A DNA stretch of 64,000 nucleotides from an uncultured delta proteobacterium (GTDB lineage Bacteria > Desulfobacterota > Binatia > UBA9968), in contig CAVSHR010000005.1 in the NCBI GenBank assembly GCA_963727625.1, positions 320,001 through 384,000 of the forward strand, written 5' to 3'. Both the position numbers and the translations under genes were made by a program. The notes beneath the pieces are model-generated. The model saw only the letters and a list, made by a program, of their open reading frames with translations. It did no database searches and was not told the origin of the DNA. Position 1 is the first letter of the stretch. Each line of letters starts with the position of its first letter. Positions 1-9,993 of the stretch are shown here, piece after piece.

Positions 1-165
1 TCTCACCGAGGCGTCGATGTCGCGCACGACCAGCACGGCATGTCCCATTTTGCCGATCTTGAAAGGCATGTCGGCCGGCGGCTGAACTTTTTTCAATGCT
101 TCAATTTCGGGATCGTGCAACCCGTCCAAATCGACCTTGCTCAAATCAATCGTGCGTTTTTCCAT
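1..165 (-). CDS. VOC/glyoxalase family protein, N-terminal part (runs off window edge)
   Basis: Manual translation MEKRTIDL...FKIGKMGHAVLVVRDIDASVR; GHxxLxVRD is a typical first VOC strand; AAGGAG RBS upstream. Confidence 0.65.
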   Translation of the reverse strand, partial: MEKRTIDLSKVDLDGLHDPEIEALKKVQPPADMPFKIGKMGHAVLVVRDIDASVR

Positions 166-242
166 TTCGCTTTCTCCTTGAGTCGATCTTGATCAATTCC
201 CTAAGTGACCTCGGCGCAGTCATCTTTCCCGAGGCTCGGCGT

Positions 243-791
243 TCAACGCTTGAGGGGCAACGGCGCGTCCGCCGGCGCTTCGGCGCCGACGACATTCGCC
301 ATCATTGCCGTGGTCGTAAAATGGCCGATGACGCCGACCACGTCGGCAAGGCGCTTATAGCCGAGCGTCGATTCAGCAGCCTTAAAGCTGTCATCATTCA
401 GCGACCCGGTCGCGAGCAGCTCCCGCGCCACCGCATGCACCATCTCATCGGCGCGGTCCGTGAATTTCGGCTGCTCCCTCGCGTTGATCGCCTCGAGCAC
501 GGTCCGCTCGACGCCTGCGGCCAACGCTGGCGCGGCTTGCGCGTTCCAGGGGTAAGCGGCGTTCCACTGTCGCGCCGTCATCAGCGAGACGATCCGGACC
601 TGCGCCTGGGTCAAGGAACAATCGAGCAGATGCGCGCTCGATGCGTTGTGAACCCGCCAGAGGCCCGGCGAATACGAATAGCCGACCGATGGTCCTTTGC
701 CGACCCGCCCCGTCGTCGCCACGGTCTCGTCATAAACCTTCTGCTGTTCCGCGTCCATTTCGTCTCGGCTCAACGCCCGTATTCTCGGCAT
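243..791 (-). CDS. Carboxymuconolactone decarboxylase/AhpD-like family protein
   Basis: MPRI..L.RDEMDAEQQKVYD start, TARQWNAAYPW motif, size and GGAG RBS fit the CMD family. Confidence 0.7.
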   Translation of the reverse strand: MPRIRALSRDEMDAEQQKVYDETVATTGRVGKGPSVGYSYSPGLWRVHNASSAHLLDCSLTQAQVRIVSLMTARQWNAAYPWNAQAAPALAAGVERTVLEAINAREQPKFTDRADEMVHAVARELLATGSLNDDSFKAAESTLGYKRLADVVGVIGHFTTTAMMANVVGAEAPADAPLPLKR

Positions 792-972
792 GTTTCAACT
801 CCTCATTGCTAATTGGCCAGCGCCGGCACGCCCGCACCGCCGCACACTGCTGACATCAGAAAACCAATTGCGCCAGACTTGCCTAAGTCTACTAACTCTT
901 CTGCAATGCCCTGCAAGCCTAACTCAAACACGACGATCTTTTCTGAACCGCAAATTTCCTGAAGCGCGGGTC

Positions 973-1287
973 CTAATCTTCAAACATTGAGCTATCCAAG
1001 AGCCTGGCGCCTTGGATGACTCTGATCACGTAGATTGTGTTTTTCGCGATGCGAAATACGGTTCGGTAATTCCCGTAGAGCAGGTGGCGATAGCGGGTTC
1101 CGAGTATTTCGTTTTCCGGAATAAGCGGGCACCTTTCCGGGAACCTCTCCAAGGTTTCAATTTGTTCTTCCAGTCGACGGGTGAATTTGCCGGCTGCTTC
1201 AGTGCTGTCGTCGGAGATAAAGTTCCAGATTTCTTCGATATCTCGTTCTGCCGCGCGCGTAATTCTAACGCGAAACTTTGCGGGCAT
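973..1287 (-). CDS. Type II TA toxin, RelE/ParE family
   Basis: VRITRAAERDIEEIWNFI...LERFPERC...YRTVFRI...VIRVIQGAR; overlaps upstream antitoxin; start moved to ATG at 1287. Confidence 0.85.
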   Translation of the reverse strand: MPAKFRVRITRAAERDIEEIWNFISDDSTEAAGKFTRRLEEQIETLERFPERCPLIPENEILGTRYRHLLYGNYRTVFRIAKNTIYVIRVIQGARLLDSSMFED

Positions 1288-1549
1288 GTTTAAATTCTTT
1301 GAGGAAAGCACGCATGGGTCGCGTGCGTCCGGCCGTGAGGTCTTCTTCCCCGCGTGCGAGAAGCCTTGCCATGTTGGCCGCTTTCAAGTGCTTCTCATAA
1401 GTTTTCGTGTCCATGAGCACCGCGTCGGCTTTCCCGTTGACCGTGAGCACCACAGGTCTTTTGGTACGATGAACCTGGCTAATAATCTGCTTCGTGTTGC
1501 GCTTGAGATCGGTAACCGAGCAAATATCTTCGGAAGGAGTCAGAGACAT
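1265..1549 (-). CDS. Type II TA antitoxin, Phd/YefM family
   Basis: SVTDLKRNTKQII...RPVVLTVNGKADAVLMD is the Phd-family pattern. Confidence 0.85.
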   Translation of the reverse strand: MSLTPSEDICSVTDLKRNTKQIISQVHRTKRPVVLTVNGKADAVLMDTKTYEKHLKAANMARLLARGEEDLTAGRTRPMRAFLKEFKHARKVSR

Positions 1550-1797
1550 TGGCGATCCCCCTTATTGGGCAATCAATGCCCGCACGAAATATAGCACCCC
1601 ATTCGATGCGCAACAATCTATCGTGACGTTAAGAGAATCGTGAATCTTGACAGTCACTAGATCAATCCCGGCTCAAGCATAACGACTAGGCGCGCTAATT
1701 GCCGTCGTCAACGTTCTGATATCCACCCTCTCCAGCCCGAGAAACCAACTGAACAGTGCGTTCTGTTCGGAAAACGCCGTGGGGTGATCCGTATGAT

Positions 1798-2319
1798 TCA
1801 TTGCTTCCGAAGTGCGCCAATGGCCTCCGCGAGAGTAATCATCAGCGTCAGAGGATTGATCGGCGAAACCGTAAACCCGCACCCTTCATAAAACCGCTTC
1901 GCATTCTCAGAGAGCGCATGAACCAGGATGGCTCGAACACCGATAATATCCGCGGCTTGCAAGATTCGCAGGATGGCGTCCCGCAGCAACGCACGCCCGA
2001 GCCCCTGGCCTTGATAATCCTGATCGACCGCGAGTCGGCCCAGAACAACCACAGGCACCGGATCCGGCGCATTGCGTCTTACGCGACCCGGCGCCGTTTC
2101 CCTCGCCACCGAGCCGGCTGCCAGGCTGTAGTAAGCGGCGACTCGCGTCTTATGGAGCACGACGTAGGTGCTCGATGCGGCGTTTTGCTGATTTTGCAGT
2201 GCGCGCCGGCGTAGCCAATCATTCAATACCGGCTCGCCACAATTGAATTTCGAGAGATCGTGCTCCGGTTGGAGTTTCTCCGGAGCGTTTTTGATCTCTG
2301 TGAGACTTATCGATTCCAC
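1798..2319 (-). CDS. GNAT-family acetyltransferase toxin (TacT/AtaT-like)
   Basis: FNCGEPVLNDWL, PVPVVVLGRLAVD, QGQGLG acetyl-CoA loop, AKRFYE..GF. Confidence 0.85.
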   Translation of the reverse strand: MESISLTEIKNAPEKLQPEHDLSKFNCGEPVLNDWLRRRALQNQQNAASSTYVVLHKTRVAAYYSLAAGSVARETAPGRVRRNAPDPVPVVVLGRLAVDQDYQGQGLGRALLRDAILRILQAADIIGVRAILVHALSENAKRFYEGCGFTVSPINPLTLMITLAEAIGALRKQ

Positions 2320-2594
2320 GGAGCCGCGGACCGAAGCAGCTGTCGAAGCTTGGGATTATCTTTCGGAGACTTATCGAGCGCCGCCATGAACCGTTTAAAC
2401 TTGTCTTCAGGGAGCGAAAAGTGAGTCTGGTCCACGAGCAATGCCAAGGCCTCCCGACACGCGGCCTCCAGCATGAAATCCGACCTCGTCCTATCGAGCA
2501 ACTCCGCGGCTTGGTCGATCAATTCTTTCTGCCGCCGGCTCGCCCGCAGGTTAATGATCTCGTTTCGTGCTTGTGTCTCGGCCATGGCTGTCAC
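2307..2594 (-). CDS. DUF1778 RHH antitoxin (TacA/AtaR-like)
   Basis: INLRAS..QKELIDQAA...RSDFMLEAACREA...NPKLRQLL..APW; overlaps the GNAT gene. Confidence 0.85.
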   Translation of the reverse strand: MTAMAETQARNEIINLRASRRQKELIDQAAELLDRTRSDFMLEAACREALALLVDQTHFSLPEDKFKRFMAALDKSPKDNPKLRQLLRSAAPWNR

Positions 2595-2691
2595 CTATGC
2601 GCTACGCCTAGAGCCCTTCGCTCGTAGTGAATGTAGCAAAGTTGTCTATACAACGTCAATACAAACAACCCTGGCGGCTTGGGATGTCTTT

Positions 2692-4087
2692 TCAATGTTT
2701 CACGGGAGACCCGAGAGCCGCCGTCAGCGTTCCGATATCTGCCATACTCTCTAAGCCCAAAACCAAGCCTACACTACGTTCCATATCGTCCGGGCCTAGC
2801 TGGCTGCGCACACAGTCCCGGTACTTAGAAATCAGCTCGTTGTCGGTCAGCGATTGAGCGGGGTCGCCTCGCGGTATGTCCACGCGGGCGCTGTAGCTCT
2901 GTCCGTCGGTGGTCTTGATCGTCACCGGATTGCCGACGAACTCGGTGTCCGGGCCGACGTCGGCGAGGCCGGGCCAGATGGGGACGTCGGGGAATGAAAG
3001 GTGAACTTTTTTTCGGGTCGCTATGATTTTCGGATCTTCGAACTTGCGCGGCGTGAAAGTTTCGAGCGTGACCTGGCGGTCCACCACCGCGGCAGCGATG
3101 CAGTAAGGCATGCTGAATTTCGCCTGGTACGGCGTCGCCGGCTCGGTGAAGGCGAGCACGCGCATGGCGCGCTCTGGAGTTCCGACATCGACTTCGGCGA
3201 TGTCCTTCGTCGCTTAGTCAGTGCTCGCGCAGCAGTTGGAAACACTCCGTCCAGCGCCCGGTGCGGTGTGATAGCAGCTCGGATATTTCTTGAGGCCGAT
3301 ACCCGGCGACTCGAGTGTAGAACGGTTTGCCGAGACTATCCGCCATGCGCTCGGCGTCGTAGTGGTCCCGGCCCACCAGCGTGTCGTAAAAACCGTTCTT
3401 GGTCTCGATGATGTTGATGTTGGCCGTGACTCCGGCTTGTGCCATGAGCGCGGCGGTCACACCGTTGCGGCAGGCGTTGCCCGCCGCCATGGCGCCGGCC
3501 ATGCTGCCGTGATTCGCCGACAGGCCGCCGGCGAAGTTGGCGGCGATTCCCAGCGCCGCTCTCGTCTTGTCGACATCCAGCTTGAGCAGCTTGGCGCAGG
3601 CGGCTGCCGCGCCGATGGAGCCGTACCAGGTCTGGTGATTCAGGCGTGCCTGCATGAGCTTGAAGTCGGCGTGGAGCGCCAGCTTGCCTTCAACCTCCAG
3701 TCCCAGGACGTAGGCGGTGAGCACGTCGCGGCCCGAAGCTCCGAGATGCTCGCCGAGGCTAAGCACCGCGGGCAGAACCAATACACTCGGGTGGCCGATC
3801 TTCACGCCGCAGTCGTCGTAGTCCAAGGCGTGAGCAATACAACCGTTGGCCAGGGCCGCGTCTTGAACCGAAACTTTGACACCCGCGCCGAATACGGACG
3901 CCTGAGCCGGACCGCCGAGCTTGATGATGTAACCCGTGATGGTTTGACTGACCGGCTCGGTAACGCCGGCCAGCGCCGCACCCATGCAATCGAGCGCCGT
4001 GCGCTTGGCTTTTTCGACAACGTCGTACGGAATGCCTTCGTAGCCGGTATCCACGATGAACCGGGTAATTTTCTCAGTGGCACCCAT
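2692..4087 (-). pseudogene. MmgE/PrpD family protein, frameshifted around 3200-3320 (pseudogene or sequence error)
   Basis: N-part has AHALDYDD and GHPS; KKYPSCYHT is readable in a shifted frame; C-part has AKFSMPY and PRGDP; several single-base shifts lie between them. Confidence 0.75.
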
Positions 4088-4121
4088 TCTTCACCTCATC
4101 GAGAACGGCGTTAATAAGCAA

Positions 4122-4144
4122 AGGGCGGGTTTCAAACCCGCCCT
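4122..4144. repeat. REP-like palindrome
   Basis: AGGGCGGGTTTCAAACCCGCCCT; related copy at 57270-57300. Confidence 0.6.
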
Positions 4145-4190
4145 CGCCCAATACTCTCTTAGTGCTTTTTGCGATTCAATTTCCGAACCG

Positions 4191-4228
4191 GAAAACCTTG
4201 AACCTTTGAACCCTGGAACTTTTGAACG
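4191..4228. repeat. 8-bp-period TTGAAC tandem array
   Basis: TTGAACCT TTGAACCC TGGAACTT TTGAACG. Confidence 0.6.
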
Positions 4229-4247
4229 ACGCGCGCAGCGCGTCTGG

Positions 4248-5963
4248 TTACGCCGCCGCCTGCAGCGAATGACCGTTGCCGCCGCCGAGCACGGCGCCGG
4301 GGAGCGCGCCGGTGTGGCTGTCCTTTTCCACCAGCACCTGGCCGTTGACGATGGTCATTTCGATGCCGGTCGCTTTCTGGATGAAGCGTCTCTCGTTGCC
4401 GGGCAGGTCCTGCACCATCTCGGCGTCGCCCTCGCGGACGGTCGCCGGATCGAAGACGCAAATGTCCGCTGCCATGCCGCGGCGCAACAGGCCGCGATTC
4501 GGCAGGCCGAAAATCGACGCGACCATGAAAGTCAATTTGCGCACGCCCTCTTCCAAGCTCATGACGTTTTTCTCGCGGATCCAGTAGCCGAGCAAGCGGG
4601 TCGCGTAGCCGAAGCCGGCGTCGTAAATCAAATGGGCGCCGGCGTCGGACTGGCCCACCAGCACGTAGGGGCTGCGGATGATCTCCGCCACTGCCTCTTC
4701 GTCGCCGTTGGTGCTGGAAGTCTGGAACTCGGTGTCCAATCCCTCTTCGAGCGACAGATCAAGAAACGCGTCGATGACGTCCTGGTTTCTAATCTTGGCG
4801 ATTTCCGCCACGCTTTTCTTTTCCAGGTGCTTGTTTTCCGGTTTGACCGCGTTGATCAAATAAACCAGATCCCAGCGCCGCGAGAAGCGCGACGACTTCT
4901 TTTCTTCCACCGCCTCGTAGCGCATCTTCTTGCGCGTCTCCGGATCTTTGAGGGCTTCAAAGCGCGCTTCCAGCGGCAAGAAAAGCACCGTCTTCCAGGT
5001 CGGCAGATCGTCGAACACCTGGGCGTTTTTCATGGTCAGCCGGTTGTTGAACAGGCGGGCATTGCACAGCGGATAAGACTGCACGCCGCGGTCGATGGTC
5101 TCTTTGGCCGCATGCAACAGCACTTTCCATTCATTGGGCTTGTCCCAACGGTGCGCGATGCTCTGCCAGATCACCGGCCGCCCCGAGCGAGAGGAAATCT
5201 CTTCGAACAGCTTCAAGCTCTCCGGTATCGGCACCGATACCCCCAGGGAGCCGCGCGAGATCTGAATCGCGCCCTGATTGATTTCGCCCAGCGCGCAGGC
5301 GAGCTCGATGATCTCGTCGTCGGTGGCGAAGCGGCTTTGGATCGGCGTGCCGTCGGCGTACATGTGCACGGGATTCTGATTGGTCGAAAAACCTGCGGCG
5401 CCCGCGCGCACGCTGGCTTTCAATACTTCTTTCATCTGGTGGATTTCCGCCGGCGTCGCGGCACGCTCGATGGAAGCATCGCCCATGACGAACTGGCGCA
5501 GCGCGCAGTGGCCCACCAACGACGCGACGTTGACGCCGAGATGGCCGCGCATGGCGTCGAGATATTGGCCGAAGGTGGTAAAGCCCCAGGGCACGCCGGC
5601 CTTCAAAGCGGGAAAGGTGATAGCTTCGACGCGCTCGAAACTTCTTAGGATCGTGTCGCGATCCGGCTCCTTGCACGGCGCCAGCGACAAGCCGCAATTG
5701 CCGGGGATAACCGTGGTCACGCCGTGATAGCAGGAGGAAGTCGCCAGCGGGTCCCACAAGAGCTGGGCGTCGAGATGAGTGTGAAAGTCGATGAAGCCCG
5801 GCGAAACGGCAAGCCCGTCGGCGTTGACGGTGCGCTTGGCGCTGCCGCTGATGCGGCCGGTTTCGACGATGCAACCATCCTGCACCGCCACGTCGCCGAG
5901 ATAAGACGGCAGCCCGCTGCCGTCGTAGATTCGCCCGCCCTTGATCAAAATGTCATAAGCCAT
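4248..5963 (-). CDS. N-acyl-D-amino-acid deacylase family amidohydrolase
   Basis: PGFIDFHTHLD, GVTTVIPGNCG, SDAGAH, GMAADICVFDP. Confidence 0.85.
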   Translation of the reverse strand: MAYDILIKGGRIYDGSGLPSYLGDVAVQDGCIVETGRISGSAKRTVNADGLAVSPGFIDFHTHLDAQLLWDPLATSSCYHGVTTVIPGNCGLSLAPCKEPDRDTILRSFERVEAITFPALKAGVPWGFTTFGQYLDAMRGHLGVNVASLVGHCALRQFVMGDASIERAATPAEIHQMKEVLKASVRAGAAGFSTNQNPVHMYADGTPIQSRFATDDEIIELACALGEINQGAIQISRGSLGVSVPIPESLKLFEEISSRSGRPVIWQSIAHRWDKPNEWKVLLHAAKETIDRGVQSYPLCNARLFNNRLTMKNAQVFDDLPTWKTVLFLPLEARFEALKDPETRKKMRYEAVEEKKSSRFSRRWDLVYLINAVKPENKHLEKKSVAEIAKIRNQDVIDAFLDLSLEEGLDTEFQTSSTNGDEEAVAEIIRSPYVLVGQSDAGAHLIYDAGFGYATRLLGYWIREKNVMSLEEGVRKLTFMVASIFGLPNRGLLRRGMAADICVFDPATVREGDAEMVQDLPGNERRFIQKATGIEMTIVNGQVLVEKDSHTGALPGAVLGGGNGHSLQAAA

Positions 5964-6100
5964 TGGAGATCCCCCTTAACCATCGGACTTTTGCCGAGCT
6001 TACCCGCAGCCCCGACAGTCTGTCAAACCGAATCAGCCTATCTATCGACGGAAACGGCTCGCCGCGTCGCCCAGCGCGGCGAAGCCGCAACCGAATCTCG

Positions 6101-6215
6101 GAGTATTTCTCGCAAAGACGCAAAGGGCGCAAAGCTAAGAAATTACAGGCAAGGTCATTCGTAAGCGTATTCGTCTTTTCCTCGTAAACTTGGCGACTTT
6201 GCGCCTTGGCGGGAA
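6101..6215. repeat. MITE-like element with inverted 9-bp-period arms
   Basis: Left arm CGCAAAGACGCAAAGGGCGCAAAG, right arm CTTGGCGACTTTGCGCCTTGGCG; similar copy at ~49071-49190. Confidence 0.55.
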
Positions 6216-6395
6216 AAAAATCCGAATCGAAAACGTCTCATGGGTAGGAAAATTTGCGCGAGCCGCGAAAATTTCGAAGTATAGTAGTACGAAGCGCACC
6301 AAGTAGAATGCATTTTAATATCCGAAGCCTTCGTGATTTTCGTAATCTTTGTGATGAGATGCCTGTATCTATTTTGGGTTCGGCTCCAGCGGGGC

Positions 6396-7223
6396 TTACA
6401 GCCCCCGCTCGGATTCCTTCCACGGCGCGAGCTTTTTCTGCAGCTTTTGGACGACACTGCTGAGCGCCACGCCGAGCAGCGCCAGCAAGATCACCGGAAC
6501 AAAAAATTTATCCGTCGCCAGGGCGCTCGAGTAGCGCACCAGGAGCGCGCCCATGCCGGTCACCGCGGTAAACATCTCCGCGGTGATGATGCCGATCAGC
6601 GCCCGTCCCACCGCGAGCCGGACGCCGGTCATGATAAACGGCAAGGCGGCCGGAAGGATCACCTTGGTGAAGAGCGTGCGCTCGCCGGCGCCGTAGGCGC
6701 GCCCGACTTCGACGAGTTGGGCGCTCACCGTGCGCACGCCGCTGAAAGTATTCATCAGCACCGGGAACAGACCGCTCAAAAACACGATGGCGATCTTCGA
6801 TGACGCGCCAAGGCCGAACCAGAGCAGCAGGATCGGGATCAGCGCCACCCGCGGCGTGGCGTCCAGGGCGTAGACGTAGGGATCGAGCAGATACTCGGCG
6901 AGCCGGTAGCGGCCCATAAGCAGACCCACCGCAATGCCGAGCACCAGCGCGCCGCTCAGCCCGATAACGAACACTTGCAAGCTGCCCAGCGCGGCGCGCT
7001 GGAATTCATGGGTGACTACAATTTGCAGAAATGCCCGCCCGATGGCGCTCGGATAGGAAAGAAACAGCGGATTGACCTGGCGGCCGAAGATTTCCCAGCA
7101 CCCGATCAAAAGCACGACAGAAGCCAAGCGCACCAGCGACAGACGCTCGCTCAGCTTGAACGACCGGGTCTGCGGCAGATCGAGCTCGACTACGGCCTGC
7201 TGTTCCAGAGCATTGAGCGCCAT
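6396..7223 (-). CDS. ABC transporter permease, NitT/TauT family
   Basis: PRVALIPILLLWFGLG; EAA-like VGRAYGA...LPAALPFIMTGVR. Confidence 0.9.
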   Translation of the reverse strand: MALNALEQQAVVELDLPQTRSFKLSERLSLVRLASVVLLIGCWEIFGRQVNPLFLSYPSAIGRAFLQIVVTHEFQRAALGSLQVFVIGLSGALVLGIAVGLLMGRYRLAEYLLDPYVYALDATPRVALIPILLLWFGLGASSKIAIVFLSGLFPVLMNTFSGVRTVSAQLVEVGRAYGAGERTLFTKVILPAALPFIMTGVRLAVGRALIGIITAEMFTAVTGMGALLVRYSSALATDKFFVPVILLALLGVALSSVVQKLQKKLAPWKESERGL

Positions 7224-7298
7224 GCTTCCTCGTTACCGGAGCGGGCCGGAGAAATCTGTCGGGACGCGCGTCTGTCGACAGCCAATCCCATTCCGGAC

Positions 7299-7332
7299 TT
7301 GAACGTTGAACCTTGAACCTTGAACATGAACC
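7299..7332. repeat. 7-bp-period TTGAACN tandem array inside ABC operon
   Basis: TTGAACG TTGAACC TTGAACC TTGAACA TGAACC. Confidence 0.7.
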
Positions 7333-7349
7333 CTTCCGGCTGGCCGGGC

Positions 7350-8183
7350 CTAGCCGACCGCGCGTTCGGTCTCTTTCCAAATCGCCAGCCGGCGTTCAAG
7401 CCATTGGGAACCTCGAATCAAGACGATCCCCAAGCACGCCAGCACGACGATCACCACAAACATTTTTGCGGTTTCGAAGATATTGCCGTAGAGCGACAAC
7501 ATGGCGCCGAGGCCGGTGATCGCGGTGAACAGCTCGGCGATGATCATACCCACCAGCGCGCGGCCGACCGCGATGCGCACGCCGGCCATGATAAAAGGCA
7601 GCGCCGCCGGACAAATCACTTTGAAAAGGATCTGGCGCGGCCGCGCCAGATAGGCGCGCGCCACTTCCACCATCGCGGCGCTGACGTTTTTCGCCCCGCT
7701 TGCAGTGTTGATCAGAATCGGGAAAAAGGCGAAGAGAAAAACCACCGAGACCTTGACGCTGAAGCCGAGGCCGAGCCACATCATCAGCAGCGGCGTGAGC
7801 GCAACCTGCGGTGTGGCATAAAGCGCGTTGATCAGCGGCTCGAAAAACGCCTCGACGGTGCGTGACATGCCCAACACCAGACCCAGAGCGACGCCGAGAA
7901 TCAGCGAAGCGAAAAAACCCGCCGCCAGCGCGCTCAAGCTCACCGCCAGTTGTTTAATCAGCTCGCCGCTGGCGACCAGCTTGACGAAAGCGGCCGCGAC
8001 GGCGCTCGGATAAGTGAAAAGGATCGGATCGATCTGGCGCCCGAAATATTCCCAAACCAGCATGAAAATCGTCACCGACCCCAGGCGAATGAGATTCGGA
8101 TGATCGTAGATCGACCAGCGCCGCTCGCGCCGCAGCCCCAACTCTTCGATAATCTGCTCGTTGGTAGGCAGCGCCATCATCAA
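7350..8183 (-). CDS. ABC transporter permease, NitT/TauT family
   Basis: PQVALTPLLMMWLGLG, PAALPFIMAGVRIA. Confidence 0.9.
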   Translation of the reverse strand: MMMALPTNEQIIEELGLRRERRWSIYDHPNLIRLGSVTIFMLVWEYFGRQIDPILFTYPSAVAAAFVKLVASGELIKQLAVSLSALAAGFFASLILGVALGLVLGMSRTVEAFFEPLINALYATPQVALTPLLMMWLGLGFSVKVSVVFLFAFFPILINTASGAKNVSAAMVEVARAYLARPRQILFKVICPAALPFIMAGVRIAVGRALVGMIIAELFTAITGLGAMLSLYGNIFETAKMFVVIVVLACLGIVLIRGSQWLERRLAIWKETERAVG

Positions 8184-8941
8184 CCCCGCAGCGATTCGCG
8201 CAGGCGCGCGCGCAATCGGGCGAAGCGCGGATCGGCCTTGACGTCGCCTTCCCAGCGCGGCCGCGGCAAATCGACGGTCAATTCCTCCCTGATGCGGCCG
8301 GGCCGCGCCTGCATCACCACGACGCGGTCGGAAAGATAAATCGCCTCATCGATGCTGTGGGTAACGAACACTACGGTGGTCTCGGTCTGGGCCCAGATCT
8401 TCAGCAGCTCTTCCTGCAGTTGCTCGCGCGTCTGCGCGTCCACCGCGCCGAAGGGTTCGTCCATGAGCAGGATCTCCGGCTTTTTCGACAGCGCGCGGGC
8501 GATGCCGACGCGCTGTTGCATGCCGCCGGAGATTTGATGTGGAAAATAGTCTTCGAAGCCTCTCAGACCGACGAGCTCGATATACTTGAGCGCGGTGGCG
8601 CGCCTTTCTTCCCGCGGCATGCCGTCGATCTCCAAACCAAACTCGACGTTGTTCACGACCGTGCGCCAGGGCAGCAGCCCGAACTGTTGAAACACCATGC
8701 AGCGGTCGTGGCCGGGCGCGGTCACGATCTCGCCGTTGACTCGAATTTCGCCCCGGTCTGCCGGAAGCAGGCCGGCGATAATGCGGATGAGCGTCGTTTT
8801 GCCGCAGCCGCTCGGACCGAGCAGCGAGACGAACTCGTTCTTTTTAATGACGAGCGAGACGTTATACAGCGCGACTAATCCCGGCCTGCTCGGATCGTTT
8901 TGCTCGAAGAAGACCTTGCTAAGCTGCCGGACCTCCAGCAT
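8180..8941 (-). CDS. ABC transporter ATP-binding protein, NitT/TauT family
   Basis: Walker A GPSGCGKT, signature ISGGMQQ, Walker B LLMDEPF. Confidence 0.95.
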   Translation of the reverse strand: MLEVRQLSKVFFEQNDPSRPGLVALYNVSLVIKKNEFVSLLGPSGCGKTTLIRIIAGLLPADRGEIRVNGEIVTAPGHDRCMVFQQFGLLPWRTVVNNVEFGLEIDGMPREERRATALKYIELVGLRGFEDYFPHQISGGMQQRVGIARALSKKPEILLMDEPFGAVDAQTREQLQEELLKIWAQTETTVVFVTHSIDEAIYLSDRVVVMQARPGRIREELTVDLPRPRWEGDVKADPRFARLRARLRESLRG

Positions 8942-8985
8942 TCATCCACTCAACGAAGCCCGCGCCGCGGGAACGCCGTCAATCT

Positions 8986-9993
8986 TTATTTCCGTCCCAG
9001 TTCTTTCAGGGCGCGGTCGACGAAGCGCCGATCGAAAAACTCTTTATAGGCCATCGGGGTCTCCAGATAACCGACCTTTTTAAGAAAATCGGCGGTGAAA
9101 TTGTACGAAGCCTCGGTGATATCGCCGTTCACGCCCCAGAGCCTTTTATCGGCGAGGTCATAAGCTTTGCTCAGCACCGCCGGCGATTCGTTGGGGAGGA
9201 TTTTTTTGGCGACTTCCAGGGTGCCCGCTTTGTTAGCGAGGATCCAGCGGTTGGCTTCGATGATTCCCTTGGCGAGTTTGTAAAGCGTATCGCCGTGCTT
9301 CTGTATATACTCCACGGTCGCCATGCCGAATTCGTAGGGAATCTCCGGAACCACCTTCGGAACGTTGACCAAGTCGATGATCTCGGGATAGTTCACGAGC
9401 TTTGCCACTTCCATGTTGGTCACCACGGTGGCGTCGACTTTTCCGGCGATCAATGCTTTGAATCGATCCGCCGGCGAGCCCACCGCGACGTATTTCATTT
9501 TTTCCGGATCGATGCCGCTGCGCTCCAGAACGATGCGCGGAATATGGTACGAGATGGCCCCGATACCCGAGACCGCAACGCTCTTTCCGATCAGCGCTTT
9601 CAGCGTCGTGCCCGCTGCCTTGCGCGCCACGAAGTGGTAAGGCGTCGTCGGATTGGCCACGACCCAGAGGCGAACCGGCGCTTTTTTTGCGGCGGCGACG
9701 ATGCCCTGGGTGGCACCCATGTTGATCGACACGTCGACGTCTCCGGATAACAGTGCCTTAACGTGCGTTGCGTCGCCGCGGAACTCGACAACTTCGGCAT
9801 CGACGCCCAACTTTTTGAAAATGCCCTTCTCGATGGCCACGTAGGGCGTGATCGATTCCAAAGATGGCGGGCTCAGAGAGGAACCCATCTTGATCTTCGC
9901 GGCCTGCGCATCGCCCATGGCGGGCATGATGAAAAGCCCCAAAACCAAAGCGATGAGTCCAAATTTCCACTCCATGCGCAATTTTTTATCCAT
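8986..9993 (-). CDS. ABC substrate-binding protein (NMT1/SsuA-like)
   Basis: Signal peptide, VAIEKGIFKKLGVD; first gene of the ABC operon. Confidence 0.85.
   Translation of the reverse strand: MDKKLRMEWKFGLIALVLGLFIMPAMGDAQAAKIKMGSSLSPPSLESITPYVAIEKGIFKKLGVDAEVVEFRGDATHVKALLSGDVDVSINMGATQGIVAAAKKAPVRLWVVANPTTPYHFVARKAAGTTLKALIGKSVAVSGIGAISYHIPRIVLERSGIDPEKMKYVAVGSPADRFKALIAGKVDATVVTNMEVAKLVNYPEIIDLVNVPKVVPEIPYEFGMATVEYIQKHGDTLYKLAKGIIEANRWILANKAGTLEVAKKILPNESPAVLSKAYDLADKRLWGVNGDITEASYNFTADFLKKVGYLETPMAYKEFFDRRFVDRALKELGRK

Noticed and set aside
3165-3330. Programmed frameshifting in the MmgE/PrpD gene
   Set aside because: Several shifts would be needed and there is no slippery sequence; error or decay is simpler.
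4056-5648. Long antisense or alternative-frame ORFs (also 11462-12754, 35718-36629, 39710-40654 and many others)
   Set aside because: They shadow well-supported genes in GC-rich DNA and show no recognisable motifs.
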